From Eledone cirrhosa (Eukaryota), in the NCBI GenBank assembly GCA_964016885.1, contig OZ024742.1, forward strand, positions 369,706,001 to 369,770,000: 64,000 nucleotides of DNA, in the 5' to 3' direction. Position numbers and translations under genes: made by a program. Numbering within the stretch: position 1 is the stretch's first letter; each line of letters opens with the position of its first letter. Of this stretch, positions 1 to 10,734 are shown one piece after another. The notes under the pieces are model-generated. The model saw nothing but the letters and a program-made list of their open reading frames with translations, was not told the origin of the DNA and did no database searches.

Positions 1-1017
1 TCCACACTGTAAAGTGGTCAGGTAGGTGTCACAACAATAAGAACCCAGTCCACACTTTAAAGTGGTCATATAGGTGTCACAACAAAAAGCGCCCAGTACA
101 CTCTGTAAAGTGGTCATGTTGGTGTCATGACAACAAGGACCCAGTCCACACTGTAAAGTGGTCAGGTAGGTGTCACAACAATAAGAACCCAGTCCACACT
201 TTAAAGTGGTCATATAGGTGTCACAACAAAAAGCGCCCAGTACACTCTGTAAAGTGGTCATGTTGGTGTCATGACAACAAGGACCCAGTCCACACTGTAA
301 AGTGGTCAGGTAGGTGTCACAACAATAAGAACCCAGTCCACACTTTAAAGTGGTCATATAGGTGTCACAACAAAAAGCGCCCAGTACACTCTGTAAAGTG
401 GTCATGTTGGTGTCATGACAACAAGGACCCAGTCCACACTGTAAAGTGGTCAGGTAGGTGTCACAACAATAAGAACCCAGTCCACACTTTAAAGTGGTCA
501 TATAGGTGTCACAACAAAAAGCGCCCAGTACACTCTGTAAAGTGGTCATGTTGGTGTCATGACAACAAGGACCCAGTCCACACTGTAAAGTGGTCAGGTA
601 GGTGTCACAACAATAAGAACCCAGTCCACACTTTAAAGTGGTCATGTAGGTGTCACAACAAAAAGCACCCAGTACACTCTGTAAAGTGGTCGTGTTGGTG
701 TCATGACAACAAGGACCCAGTCCACACTGTAAAGTGGTCAGGTAGGTGTCACAACAATAAGAACCCAGTCCACACTTTAAAGTGGTCATATAGGTGTCAC
801 AACAAAAAGCGCCCAGTACACTCTGTAAAGTGGTCATGTTGGTGTCATGACAACAAGGACCCAGTCCACACTGTAAAGTGGTCAGGTAGGTGTCACAACA
901 ATAAGAACCCAGTCCACACTTTAAAGTGGTCATGTAGGTGTCACAACAAAAAGCACCCAGTACACTCTGTAAAGTGGTCGTGTTGGTGTCATGACAACAA
1001 GGACCCAGTCCACACTG
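1..1017. repeat. 48-bp satellite organised as a 144-bp (3 x 48) higher-order repeat, 7 HOR copies, running off the window start
   Basis: Three 48-bp variants (tccacactgtaaagtggtcaggtaggtgtcacaacaataagaacccag / tccacactttaaagtggtcatataggtgtcacaacaaaaagcgcccag / tacactctgtaaagtggtcatgttggtgtcatgacaacaaggacccag) recur in fixed order. The position 1 sequence recurs at 145 and 721. Confidence 0.97.
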
Positions 1018-2245
1018 GTGGTGGTGATGGTGGTGGTGGTGGTGGTGTTGGTGGTGGTGGTGGTGGTGGTGATGGTGGTGGTGGTGATGGTGGTGGTGGT
1101 GGTGGTGGTGGTGGTGTTGGTGGTGTTGGTGTTGGTGGTGGTGGTGGTGGTAATGGTGGTGGTGGTGGTGATGGTGGTGATGGTGGTGGTGGTGGTGGTG
1201 GTGTTGATGGTGGTGGTGGTGGTGGTGGTGGTGTTGGTGGTGGTGGTGGTGGTGGTGGTGGTGGTGGTGGTGGTAATGGTGGTTGTGGTGGTGATGGTGG
1301 TGGTGGTGGTAGTGGTGGTGGTGGTGGTGGTGATGGTGGTGGTGTTGGTGGTGGTGGTGGTGGTGGTGGTGGTGTTGGTGGTGGTGGTGGTGGTGGTGGT
1401 GGTAATGGTGGTGGTGGTGGTGATGGTGGTGATGGTGGTGGTGGTGGTGGTGGTGGTGGTGTTGTTGGTGGTGGTGGTGGTGGTGATGGTGGTGGTGGTG
1501 GTGGTGGTGGGGTTGGGGTTGGTGGTGGTGTTGGTGATGGTGGTAGTGGTGGTGATGATGGTGGTGGTGGTGGTGGTGGTGGTGTTGGTGATGGTGATGG
1601 TGGTGGTGGTGGTGGTGGTGTTGGTGGTGGTGGTGATGGTGGTAGTGGTGGTGATGAGGGTGGTGGTGGTGGTGGTGATGGTGGTGGTGGTGGTGGTGGT
1701 GGTGATGGTGGTGGTGGTGGTGGTGGTGGTGATGATGGTGGTGGTGGTGATGGTGGTAGTGTTGTTGTTGGTGGTAGTGGTGATGGTGGTGGTGGTGGTG
1801 GTGGTGGTGGTGGTGATGGTGGTGGTGGTGGTGGTGGTGGTGGTGGTGGTGATGGTGGTGGTGGTGGTGGTGAATGGTGGTGGTGGTGATGGTGGTGATG
1901 GTGGTGGTGTTGGTGGTGGTGGTGGTGGTGGTGTTGTTGTTGGTGGTGGTGGTGGTGGTGGTGTTGGTGGTGGTGGTGGTGGTGGTAGTGGTGGTGGTGG
2001 TGGTGGTGATGGTGGTGGTGTTGGTGGTGGTGGTGGTGGTGGTGGTGGTGGTGTTGGTTGTGGTGGTGGTGGTGGTGGTGGTGGTGGTGGTGGTGGTGGT
2101 GGTGGTGGTGGTGGTAATGGTGGTGGTGGTGGTGATGGTGGTGATGGTGGTGGTGGTGGTGGTGGTGGTGGTGGTGTTGGTGGTGGTGGTGGTGGTGGTG
2201 ATGGTGGTGGTGGTGGTGGTGGTGGTGGTGGTGGTGGTGGTGGTA
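1017..2245. repeat. Imperfect (GGT)n microsatellite, ~1.2 kb
   Basis: GGT triplets interrupted by GAT/GTT/AAT/AGT variants, with one phase shift near 1873. It explains the poly-V/G/H/P ORFs. Confidence 0.98.
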
Positions 2246-2308
2246 ATGAATGTCTCTGTGGCTGATATTGAAGTGTATGAGCTGATATTTAGATGTAATA
2301 ATAATAAT

Positions 2309-2413
2309 TGTTTCTACTTTAGGCACAAATCCAGCAATTAACCAGTGTATTACTGGTACTTTATTTTATCGACCCCGTAAGGATGAAAGGCAAAGTTAAC
2401 CTCGGCGGGATTT
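2309..2413 (-). mobile_element. 5'-truncated tRNA-derived SINE (family A)
   Basis: Matches the 3' half of the full copies at 9507-9690 and 10735-10921 (actggtactttattttatcgaccccgtaaggatgaaaggcaaagttaacctcg). Flanked by direct repeat gatgtaataataataat at 2292-2308 and 2414-2430, partly the (ATT)n tail. Confidence 0.85.
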
Positions 2414-2487
2414 GATGTAATAATAATAATGAAAATAATGATTTATTTTTAATTTTATTTTTTATTTATTGATTTTTTGATTTTTTT

Positions 2488-3480
2488 ATAATAATGAAAA
2501 TATTGTGTACAGTGCTCAGGTGCACTACAACTAGTCAAAAAGTGTATGTATAGTACATAGGGCAATGCACAAACGGCAGGAAAATGAACAGTGCATGAGT
2601 CATGATATACACATGTGTGCATGTGTATGGAAGAGGGACATCAGGTGTAGTTTTGTCGAATTTCGGGAGGCATGGGGGTTATAAAAGATGCAGTGTCTCG
2701 GCAGCTAACAACTGACGCAGGCAGTTTTTTTCCATGCTTCAGCGTGAAAAGATGTTTCCGAAAGTCCTGGGAGCTGTGCTGTTTTCTGTCTTTGTAGGCA
2801 TGTCCACGTGTGTTAGACACATGGAGATCAAAAAGGTGCTCAGGGTTGTTGTTGGCGAGATGGTTAATAATTTTGTGGATGTTTACCAAGTCCATTGCCA
2901 GACGTCGGAGCTTCAATGAATCCATGCCCTGGGAAGCAAGGCGTTCAGAGTATGGTAGGTGTCTGATGGAGGGTATGTGCTTGGTTGCACGTCTCTGAAC
3001 AGTTTCCAGGAGGTCAATGTTCTGAGCAAGATAGGGGTTCCAGACTGATGATGCAAATTCCAATTGTGGTCGTACCATAGCTGTATACAGCTTTAAATAG
3101 ATGGCTGGAGAGCAACTAACAAAGGTCTTGCTGAGTGATGCCAAGACACCCTCGGCCTTCTTGACAATCTTAGAGACATGCTTTGTCCAACGCAAATCGC
3201 TGCTGACAGTAATGCCCAGGTCACATTCACAAGAGGACTTCTTGATATCAGTGTTGTGCAGGGAGTATGTGGACGCTGGATTTTTCCTCCCAAAATGCAT
3301 GGTGGTACACTTGTCCACAGCCAGCTTCAGTTTCCAGTCTGTGATCCATTGCTGCATTGTGTCCAGGTCTGATTGTAGGGAAGAGTTGTAGATTTCAGGA
3401 TCAGTCCTTTTGATTTCAAGGTACAGCTTGATGTCATCTGCATATTTCAGTACCGTGGCATTCTTTAAGTTGGCATCTAT
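2488..3480 (-). mobile_element. CR1-clade LINE, 3' part: RT C-terminal half and 3'UTR
   Basis: ORF 2641-3498(-) contains YADD, and LYTAMVRPQLEFASSVWNPY...LETVQRRATK and NTRGH, typical of the CR1 ORF2 C-terminus. The 3'UTR ends gtgcacctgagcactgtacacaatattttcattattat. Confidence 0.88.
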
Positions 3481-4563
3481 CATCATCATCATAATCATCG
3501 TTTAACGTCCATCTTCCACGCTAGCATGGGTTAGACGGGAGTTGTGCCACTTGAGGCAAGGTTGGTCGGGTGACCGTGTCTAGCTCGTATAGGAACACCT
3601 GGCAGGCTTTATACGGCTGGATGCCCTTCCTAACACCAACCACATTTACAGTGTGGAACTGGGAACTTTTTACCGCGTTACCTACACGGCCACATTACAG
3701 CGTGGACTGTGAGCATTTTTTTTTTTTTGTCGTGACACCTACACGATCTCGATCTCGATCTCATTATCTCCTTTATTTGGACTGGATGTTGTGGTACCAA
3801 CTTTACAGAGAGAGGGTGGTGTTGGTGGGAGTGGGAGGATAGGGTAGGTGTAGTGGATTAGGGTGTATATTTGGTTAAGAGGTGCCTACTGACTGTAGGT
3901 TTCGCTTTGTACATAGGCAAGGCGGGTCTTCTGTATTACTGCGTAGCGCCAAAGATCTCGGTCCAGTGACATTGTCTTAGAGAGGTGCAAGTGTGTAAGG
4001 TCGGAATTTATCAGTTCGTCCCAGGTTTTTCTGGGTCTACCTACTCCGTAACTACCATCAATTTTGATCGCCCTGCACTTTTTTATGCAGCTGTCGTCTT
4101 TCATGTGCATCACGTGACCATACCAACGTAGTCTTCTATCAAGTAAACAGCATCTGATCCCTCTTATTCCTAATTTCTCACTTAGTTCATTTATGCTTTG
4201 CCGTTCACGTATATTACTATTACACATCTAACAGAGCATGCATGCTTCGTTCCTCTCCAGTCTGCGCAGGTCCTGTGCACGCAATGCCCATGCCTCACTG
4301 CCATGTAGCATTGCTGTTCGTACACAGGCATCATACAATCTGCCTTTCATTTTTAGAGAGAAACCTTTTGTGGCCAACAGCGGTATAAGCTCTTTGAACC
4401 TTTTCCATCCCGTTCTGACTCTAGCTACCGTACTTTCAGAACACCCTCCACCACTGCTGATTTTGTCACCCAGGTAAGGGAAAGTGTCTACTATTTCTAT
4501 AGAACCATCTGTGCAATGGAAGGAGCTAGTATCCTGTGGACACCTGCTACTTATTGCACCTGA

Positions 4564-4695
4564 GCATTGGCCACATATAAAGTCTATGTTCTTAGATAGT
4601 TTACCTGTGATCCCACTACATCTTTTATGTGCCCATACTTTGCATTTGGGACATAAAATGGAATTTCTGCCTACTCCTTTCCTACACACTGAGCA
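4564..4695 (-). other. PHD-finger-like (C4HC3) segment within RTE ORF
   Basis: Translates as CSVC-RKGVGRNSIL-CPKC-KVWAHKRC-SGITGKLSKNIDFI-CGQC. Confidence 0.75.
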
Positions 4696-4814
4696 TGGCC
4701 ATTTTCAGGGGGGGGGGGGGGCACCTGTGCCCTATTTTCCTTTCTACAAACTAGAACTTTAGTCTTAGACAAGTTAACATTAAGGCTTTTTGATTCTAGG
4801 CCATGTTTCCATGT

Positions 4815-5870
4815 TTAGAATTTCTTCTCTAGTTCAGCCATTGATTCAGCTATGAGCGTTACATCATCTGCGTATAGGAGTTCCCATGGGCAGCCGGTCT
4901 TGAACTCCTGTGTTATTGCCTGAAGGGCAATAATAAATAGGAGGGGGATAAGGACCGAGCCTTGATGAACGCCAACTTTTACACCAAATTCTCCACAATA
5001 TTCATTGTTAATTCTAACCTTACTGACTGTTTCATTATACATAGCTTGTATGGCTCTCACAAGCCATTCATCTACACCTAGTTTTCTAAAAGCCCACCAG
5101 ATAATGGAGCGGGGGACTCTGTCAAAGGCTTTCTCCAGGTCTACAAAAGCTAAGTAGAGGGGTTTACTTTTAGCTAGGTACTTCTCTTGTAGTTGTCGTA
5201 CAATGAAAAGAGCGTCTGTGGTACTTTTACCTGAGATAAACCCAAACTGCATTTCATCTAGATCAATTCGCTCTCTGATTAGTTGCGCTATAACTCTTTC
5301 TGTGACCTTCATGACCTGGTCAACTAACTTAATGCCTCTATAGTTTCCCCTATCTAGAGCATCCCATTTACCCTTGTAGCAGTTAATGATGATGATGCTA
5401 CGCCTGTCTTTCGGTATGACCCCATTCTGTATTACTTGATTAACTATACGGCTGACCATAGTGTGTCCCACTATACCAGATGCCTTCAACATCTCAGCAA
5501 CTATCTCCGAAGGCCCAGCTGCTTCTCCTGTCTTCATATCTTTGATTGCCTTACTTATTATACTACCTTTAACTTGCACTGCTGGTCCTTCTATTGGATC
5601 GATTTGGGGCAGACTATCTTTTTCCCATTTATTCTCCTCATTTAACAGTCTCTTGTAGTGACACTTCCAGGCTATCTTCTTATCAGCATCAGTGAGGGCA
5701 AGTACACCGTTATCATTACGGACACATTTCTCCCCGACAGTATCACGGTTTTCCTTGACACATTGTCTAGCAATCCTGAACACCTCACGTTGTAGAACAT
5801 GCTTGAACTTTCTATCCTCTGCTTCCCTTTTTGCAAGGTACACTTGTCTCCTAGCTTCTCTCCTGGCCAC
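4815..5870 (-). pseudogene. RTE reverse transcriptase fragment
   Basis: RT motifs through LLYADD. The reading continues in another frame after 4815. Confidence 0.9.
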
Positions 5871-5983
5871 TTGATAGTGCTCTCTACTTCCCCCATCCTG
5901 CCATACTTTCCAAGCCTGCTTTTTGGCCTTGATTGTCTCTTCTACCCTACTGTTCCACCACCAAGTTACTCTCCTCCTACCAA

Positions 5984-7900
5984 TAGGTCTGCATCTATGT
6001 CATTAATATATGCCACAAACAAAAGGAGACCAAGAACAGATCCCTGTGGTACAGCAGATGACATGTCATATGGTGTAGAATCCTGTCCTAGAACCGTGAC
6101 TACCTCTTTTCGGCTGAGAATGAAGGATTTCAACCAGTTAAAAAGATCATCCCTCACACCCATTGCAGAGAGTTTTGCCATAAGTCTTTTGTTTGGCACA
6201 GAATTAAAAGCCTTAGTGAAGTCAAGGTAAACAACATCCACCCATGAGCCGCTGTCAGTGATCGGGTAATGTCTTCAAGGAACTCGATAAGCTGATCACA
6301 GCAACTGGAGTTAGGGATAAATCCAAACTGCGAGGGCCGGATGAGGCTGTGAGAGCTCCAGAAGTTCCAAAGTGTTTCTCTGACACAGGATTCCATCAGT
6401 TTGGCAATACAGCTAGTAAGACTGACTGGACGATAGTTGACAGGTGACGTGCGGTCGCCCTTCTTGAACAGGGGAATGATACTGGCAGTTTTCCACTGCT
6501 CCGGAGTAGCACCATTGTTGAGACAGTATTGAAAGAAGAAAGAAAGCTGGTGCAAAAGGAAGTACCCGCCACGTTTGAGAAGCAGGTATGTCACACCATC
6601 AAGACCAGGGGAGGCATAGTTGCGCTTACTCTTAAGGTGAGGTCGCAACATTGCAGGTGTAAATTCCATAGTTGTTATGGAATTTGATGTTAGAGATGAT
6701 GGAGATGGTACATTCTGGTTTTCAACAGTAAAAATGCTTGCATAGCACTCAGCAATGAGCTCTGCGCATTCTTTGGGATCGTCAGTGATCTGGCTTGTGT
6801 GGGGATTGCAAAGAGGACCAACTGGAGAGTGAGGTCTCTGCTTTGAATGTACATATTTCCAGAACACCTTTCTGTCAGGATTGGTTGCTATGCACTGTTC
6901 AAATTCAAGCACTGCCTTCTTTGTCACTTGCTTGAAATGGTTGGAAGATTTATTCCGCTTTTTTCTGTTGGCATCTGATTTATGCAGTTTATATTCCCGT
7001 TCAGCGTTCTGACGTTCTTTCCTGGCAAGTTGGACCACTGAAGTTTCCCAAATTGCACTTTTTTCTGCTTACGTGGCACCGATGCTGCACACGCAATCCA
7101 TATTGAGTCCAGGATGCTCTGGAGTATAGTGTTCACATCTCCAGAGTTATAGAACTCATGTCAGTTTGGGCGCTGTAGCTCAGTGCAGTACAAGTTCTAA
7201 TCTGCTTTCTTCCAATCAAAGCAAGCAGATTGGAGATTGTTCTGGTTTTTGTTGCTGCCCGCAAGAGCCAGATTGGCAATGATCATAGCATGATCAGAGT
7301 CGTTCCTCAGTAGTACAACTGATAACCACTTCAGGAGTAGTGGTGACGATCAGGTCCAAAGTGTTGTCACCTCTTGTTGGAGAGGTGACTACTTGTGACC
7401 AGTTTGAGTCCAGCACTAGCTCAAGGAAATCGTTTGCACTTTGTGGCCAACGAAAGGTTTCCCAATCGATCTCAGGATGATTGAAGTCACCTGCAATAAA
7501 TACATAAGTGGCTGTTTTCCTGGCAGCAGCTCTGAGGATATCGCAAAGCTGTGTGTCCTGATGGTAGTTTGGGGGCGATAAACAACACCAAGCAGAAGTG
7601 TTGACATGGTCATACGTATGTCACAAAAAAAAACTTCTTGTAATTCGTTCAAATCAACGCAAGGAATTACCGAAAAGTTTTAACGAACGTAGACCATCAC
7701 ACCACCACCACGGCGATTAATGCGGTCCTTGCGGAAAAGGTTGTACCCAGTAATGCTGAAAACCCCATCACAGAGTAAGGAATGTGCCCATGTTTCCATG
7801 ATTGTGATGAAGTCAGGGTCGATGCTTCTGACATAGGAGTTAAACAGATGTATCTTGTTGCATAAACTGCGAGCATTTAAGGACAACAATTTGTATCCTG
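5984..7900 (-). mobile_element. CR1-clade LINE ORF2 5' part: APE endonuclease and RT N-terminal half, frameshifted
   Basis: SLNARSLCNK...IMETW...RKDRINRRGGGVMVYV (APE domains I-III) and LLGVVYRP; SPGLDG, NYRPVSLTS, QFGF, YLDFTKAFNSV and VPQGSVLG...YINDID, which joins in-phase to IDANL...YADD on the other side of the RTE insertion. Confidence 0.88.
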
Positions 7901-7945
7901 CTTGCAGTTTATGATGGTGTGTAGAGGATGGCAGGTTGTTCTAGT

Positions 7946-8410
7946 TTAGTTTCCCAGAGTTGTTGCAGTTTTTTCATTGCCAGTTATTGTGGGTAGAGCA
8001 TACTCAGACCAGCTGGTATCTCTCTTCCACGTTTCACCAGCTTTAATAAACCTCCAGATCTGCCCATCATCACGCAGACTAAAACTTTCATGTTGTGCTG
8101 AGTTCCGATTCAAGGAAGCTGCAGCACGTAGCTTTGGACGTACATGGAGTGGTAGGCCTGGGCGTGTTCGGAAGGTAATCCGATTTTCACGCCCAGCTTT
8201 AACAGATGCCAGATGATATGAAATTTCCTCAGCGGGGTCCGAAAAGGACAGCCTGATGATTCTGGGTTTTGGACCAGGTCGACCAAGGCGGAGAGCACCC
8301 TTTGGGGGAACACAGCCTAGGTCTTTGGCTGAGCTGGCAGCAAATGCCTGAAGATCAGCCTTGTCCTCTGGTACCCCAATGGCAATTACTAATGTTCGAG
8401 AATTGTGAGA
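7946..8410 (-). pseudogene. Probable CR1 ORF1 C-terminal part (RNA-binding), 5'-truncated
   Basis: LVIAIGVPE...RLGRPGPKPRIIRLSF pattern resembles LINE ORF1 RRM-like regions. It lies immediately upstream of ORF2. The ORF-track N-terminus comes from a 17-bp repeat. Confidence 0.65.
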
Positions 8411-8433
8411 TGAAACTGCAAGAAAATAAATAT

Positions 8434-8546
8434 GAAGAAATAAAGAAATAATAAATGTGAAGAAATAATAAATGTGAAGAAATAATAAATGTGAAGAAAT
8501 AATAAATGTGAAGAAATAATAAATGTGAAGAAGTAATAAATGTATA
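8434..8546. repeat. 17-bp minisatellite (gaagaaataataaatgt)n, ~6 copies
   Basis: Direct reading; it sits at the 5' boundary of the CR1 copy. Confidence 0.9.
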
Positions 8547-8678
8547 ATAAAGATTACTGAATGTTTGCCCTTCCTTTGTCTACACGGAACAACCATGTAA
8601 TGGAATATTAACATCTAACTGTTTAAACCTGGTGGAGAGGAAAAGATGATTCTGATCTTCTGAGGTAGATCAACAATG

Positions 8679-8790
8679 CTGATACAGATAGACAGTTGAG
8701 CCATGATGTATAAACTGTGTTTTGTTGTATAATGTTTGACTTTGTTAACGGAGATCAATCTGATAAAAATAGACAGTTGAGCCATGATAA
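8679..8790. repeat. 81-bp tandem repeat, left part
   Basis: gacagttgagccatgat at 8691 and 8772. The array resumes at 10189. Confidence 0.9.
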
Positions 8791-9236
8791 CTAGACCTGA
8801 AAAATGCGCAAGCTCAAAAGAGCCACAGAATGTTATAATAAACCTTCAAAAGTGTGGGACTAGAGTTGTTGCTAAAAAATATTGTAATCATTATCTATCG
8901 TACACTCTGTGGCATCCTTTTATAAAAAAGAAACTCATAACGAACTCAAGACGACACGATAATTATTTAAGCTAATGTTCAATATCTCATATTAGATGTT
9001 TAGCAATGATTAATACGAAATGCACTTAAACCGAATTCTATATTATAAATTCACTTAAATAATTATTGTGTCGTCTTGAGTTCGTTATGAGTCTCTCTTT
9101 TATAAAAGGATGCCACAGAGTGTACGATAGATAATGATTAGAATATTTCTGAGCAACAACTCTAGTCCCACACTTTTGAAGGTTTATTATAACATTCTGG
9201 GGCTCTTTGGAGCTTGCGCATTTTTCAGGTCTAGTT
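8789..9236. repeat. Long inverted repeat, 183-bp arms (8789-8971 / 9054-9236), 82-bp spacer; MITE/foldback-like
   Basis: aactagacctgaaaaatgcgcaagctc... versus ...gagcttgcgcatttttcaggtctagtt, with only scattered mismatches. Confidence 0.93.
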
Positions 9237-9506
9237 TAATATTTTTTAAGGCAACGTTTGTAATAACTCTAGTTAAACATGATATATATTAATAATAAAT
9301 TATCCTTGTAATGTAATTAGATTATATAATTGTTATTTTATAAATGATCTTATAAATATTATTGTAAGATGTATAAAAATATTTTCAGACTTTTAATATA
9401 AACAACTACAAAAAACAATCAATATTAAATAAATATATTTTACATAATAATTGTTATAGTTGAATTAATAAAAATTAAATATTACATATAAATAGTCTGA
9501 CATAAT

Positions 9507-9690
9507 TGTTTCTACGTTTGGCACAAGGCCAGCAATTATCCAGTGCATTACTGGTACTTTATTTTATCGACCCCGTATGGATGAAAGGCAAAGTTAACCT
9601 CGACGGGATTTGAACTCAGATCGTAAAGAGACGTAACTATGCTGGAAAGCATGGCGCCCGACCTTCTACCGATACTACCAAATCACCGCC
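9507..9690 (-). mobile_element. Full-length tRNA-derived SINE (family A)
   Basis: B-box gagttcaaatcc on the minus strand; starts GGCGGTG. Perfect 19-bp TSD ataaatagtctgacataat at 9488-9506 and 9691-9709. Confidence 0.9.
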
Positions 9691-9971
9691 ATAAATAGTC
9701 TGACATAATAATAATAAAATAATCTAACATAATAATAATAAAATAATCTAACATAAAACGAACAATAATATGGACAAATATACAAGTAAATATGATACAA
9801 CCAATATTATAAGCATGTTATAACGAAATGAAAACAAAATAGTTAATATAAATTTAAAAAACCATATATAAATTAACAATATAACTTACCAAAACGAGAA
9901 AAATATTTTGATGATAAACGACGAAATACAGGAGGAAGATTCGAAAGCGAAACGATAAATAAACGTGCAAA

Positions 9972-10051
9972 CAAAATGGCGGATATTTTTGGGCAACAAT
10001 TACTCTCGTTGGTTGATAAGCCAATAAGACAATGAAATTAGCCAATAAGAC
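9972..10051. promoter_or_regulatory. Candidate Pol II promoter motifs: YY1-type CAAAATGGCGG and two CCAAT boxes
   Basis: caaaatggcgg at 9972-9982; agccaataagac at 10019-10030 and 10040-10051; locally CpG-rich within AT-rich DNA. Confidence 0.3.
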
Positions 10052-10188
10052 GATACATTACAAAACATGTTTGGCAGGGATCACCACGGCCAGCGACACT
10101 CCTTGAATTTTTTATTCACAAGCTACGCATATATGTCAGACACGCAGAGTTAAAACATTCTGTTGTTAGTCACTGCGTGTCTAACAGA

Positions 10189-10370
10189 TAAACTGTGTTT
10201 TGTTGTATAATGTTTGATTTTGTTAACAGAGATCAATCTGATACAAATAGACAGTTGAGCCATGATACATAAATTGTGTTTTGTTGTATAATGTTTGACT
10301 TTGTTAACAGAGATCAATCTGATACAAATAGACACTTGAGCCATGATATATAAACTGTGTTTTGTTCTAT
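10189..10370. repeat. 81-bp tandem repeat, right part (~2.2 copies)
   Basis: gaca(g/c)ttgagccatgat at 10250 and 10331. Confidence 0.9.
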
Positions 10371-10734
10371 GATCTCTGAGCTACGCACTCTATCAGGTAA
10401 TGTTACTCCAAATACTCTTTGAAGGAACCCCATTTCGGCCTCATATTTAATAAGTTTTGAAATATATGTTCTATGATATTTTGTGAAGAAGCTGTTTTAT
10501 TACCACTACAGTGGTCCTTAGAAAATTTAAAATAGAAATTGAGTGAGGTAGATTTTCATTCACAGTTTGAGGCCATTAGAGGTATGTGTATTTTATGACA
10601 GTAGATATATTAGCCTTTCAATTAACTTTGATCCTTTGATCAGGAGAGTTACAAAATATATTTAAAGCTGGAGACATTACTTATTAAAAGCAATCAACAA
10701 GGAGAACAGCTAATAAGACATGAATATTATTAAG

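Larger units (their letters stand above)
3481..5983 (-). mobile_element. 5'-truncated RTE-clade LINE nested in the CR1 RT; decayed ORF with stops and frameshifts
   Basis: ORFs 4815-5870, 4228-4689 and 3886-4227 (-) give NYRGIKL, QFGF, FVDLEKAFDRV, GVHQGSVL, LLYADD, FPYLG, RRLRWYGHV and GRPRKTW (RTE-type C-terminus). (GAT)n 3' tail at 3481-3499. Degenerate TSD taagttggcatctat (3466-3480) / taggtctgcatctat (5984-5998). Confidence 0.9.
8791..10188 (-). mobile_element. 1398-bp non-coding insertion with Helitron-like termini (5' TC ... CTAG 3', between A and T)
   Basis: It interrupts the 81-bp repeat. On the minus strand it reads A|TC at 10188 and CTAG|T at 8791. Excising it restores the 81-bp phase to within 1 bp. 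Confidence 0.5.

Noticed and set aside
989-2341. Poly-Pro/His (extensin/formin-like) and poly-Val/Gly ORFs
   Set aside because: They are translations of the (GGT)n microsatellite, open on both strands simply because it lacks stops.
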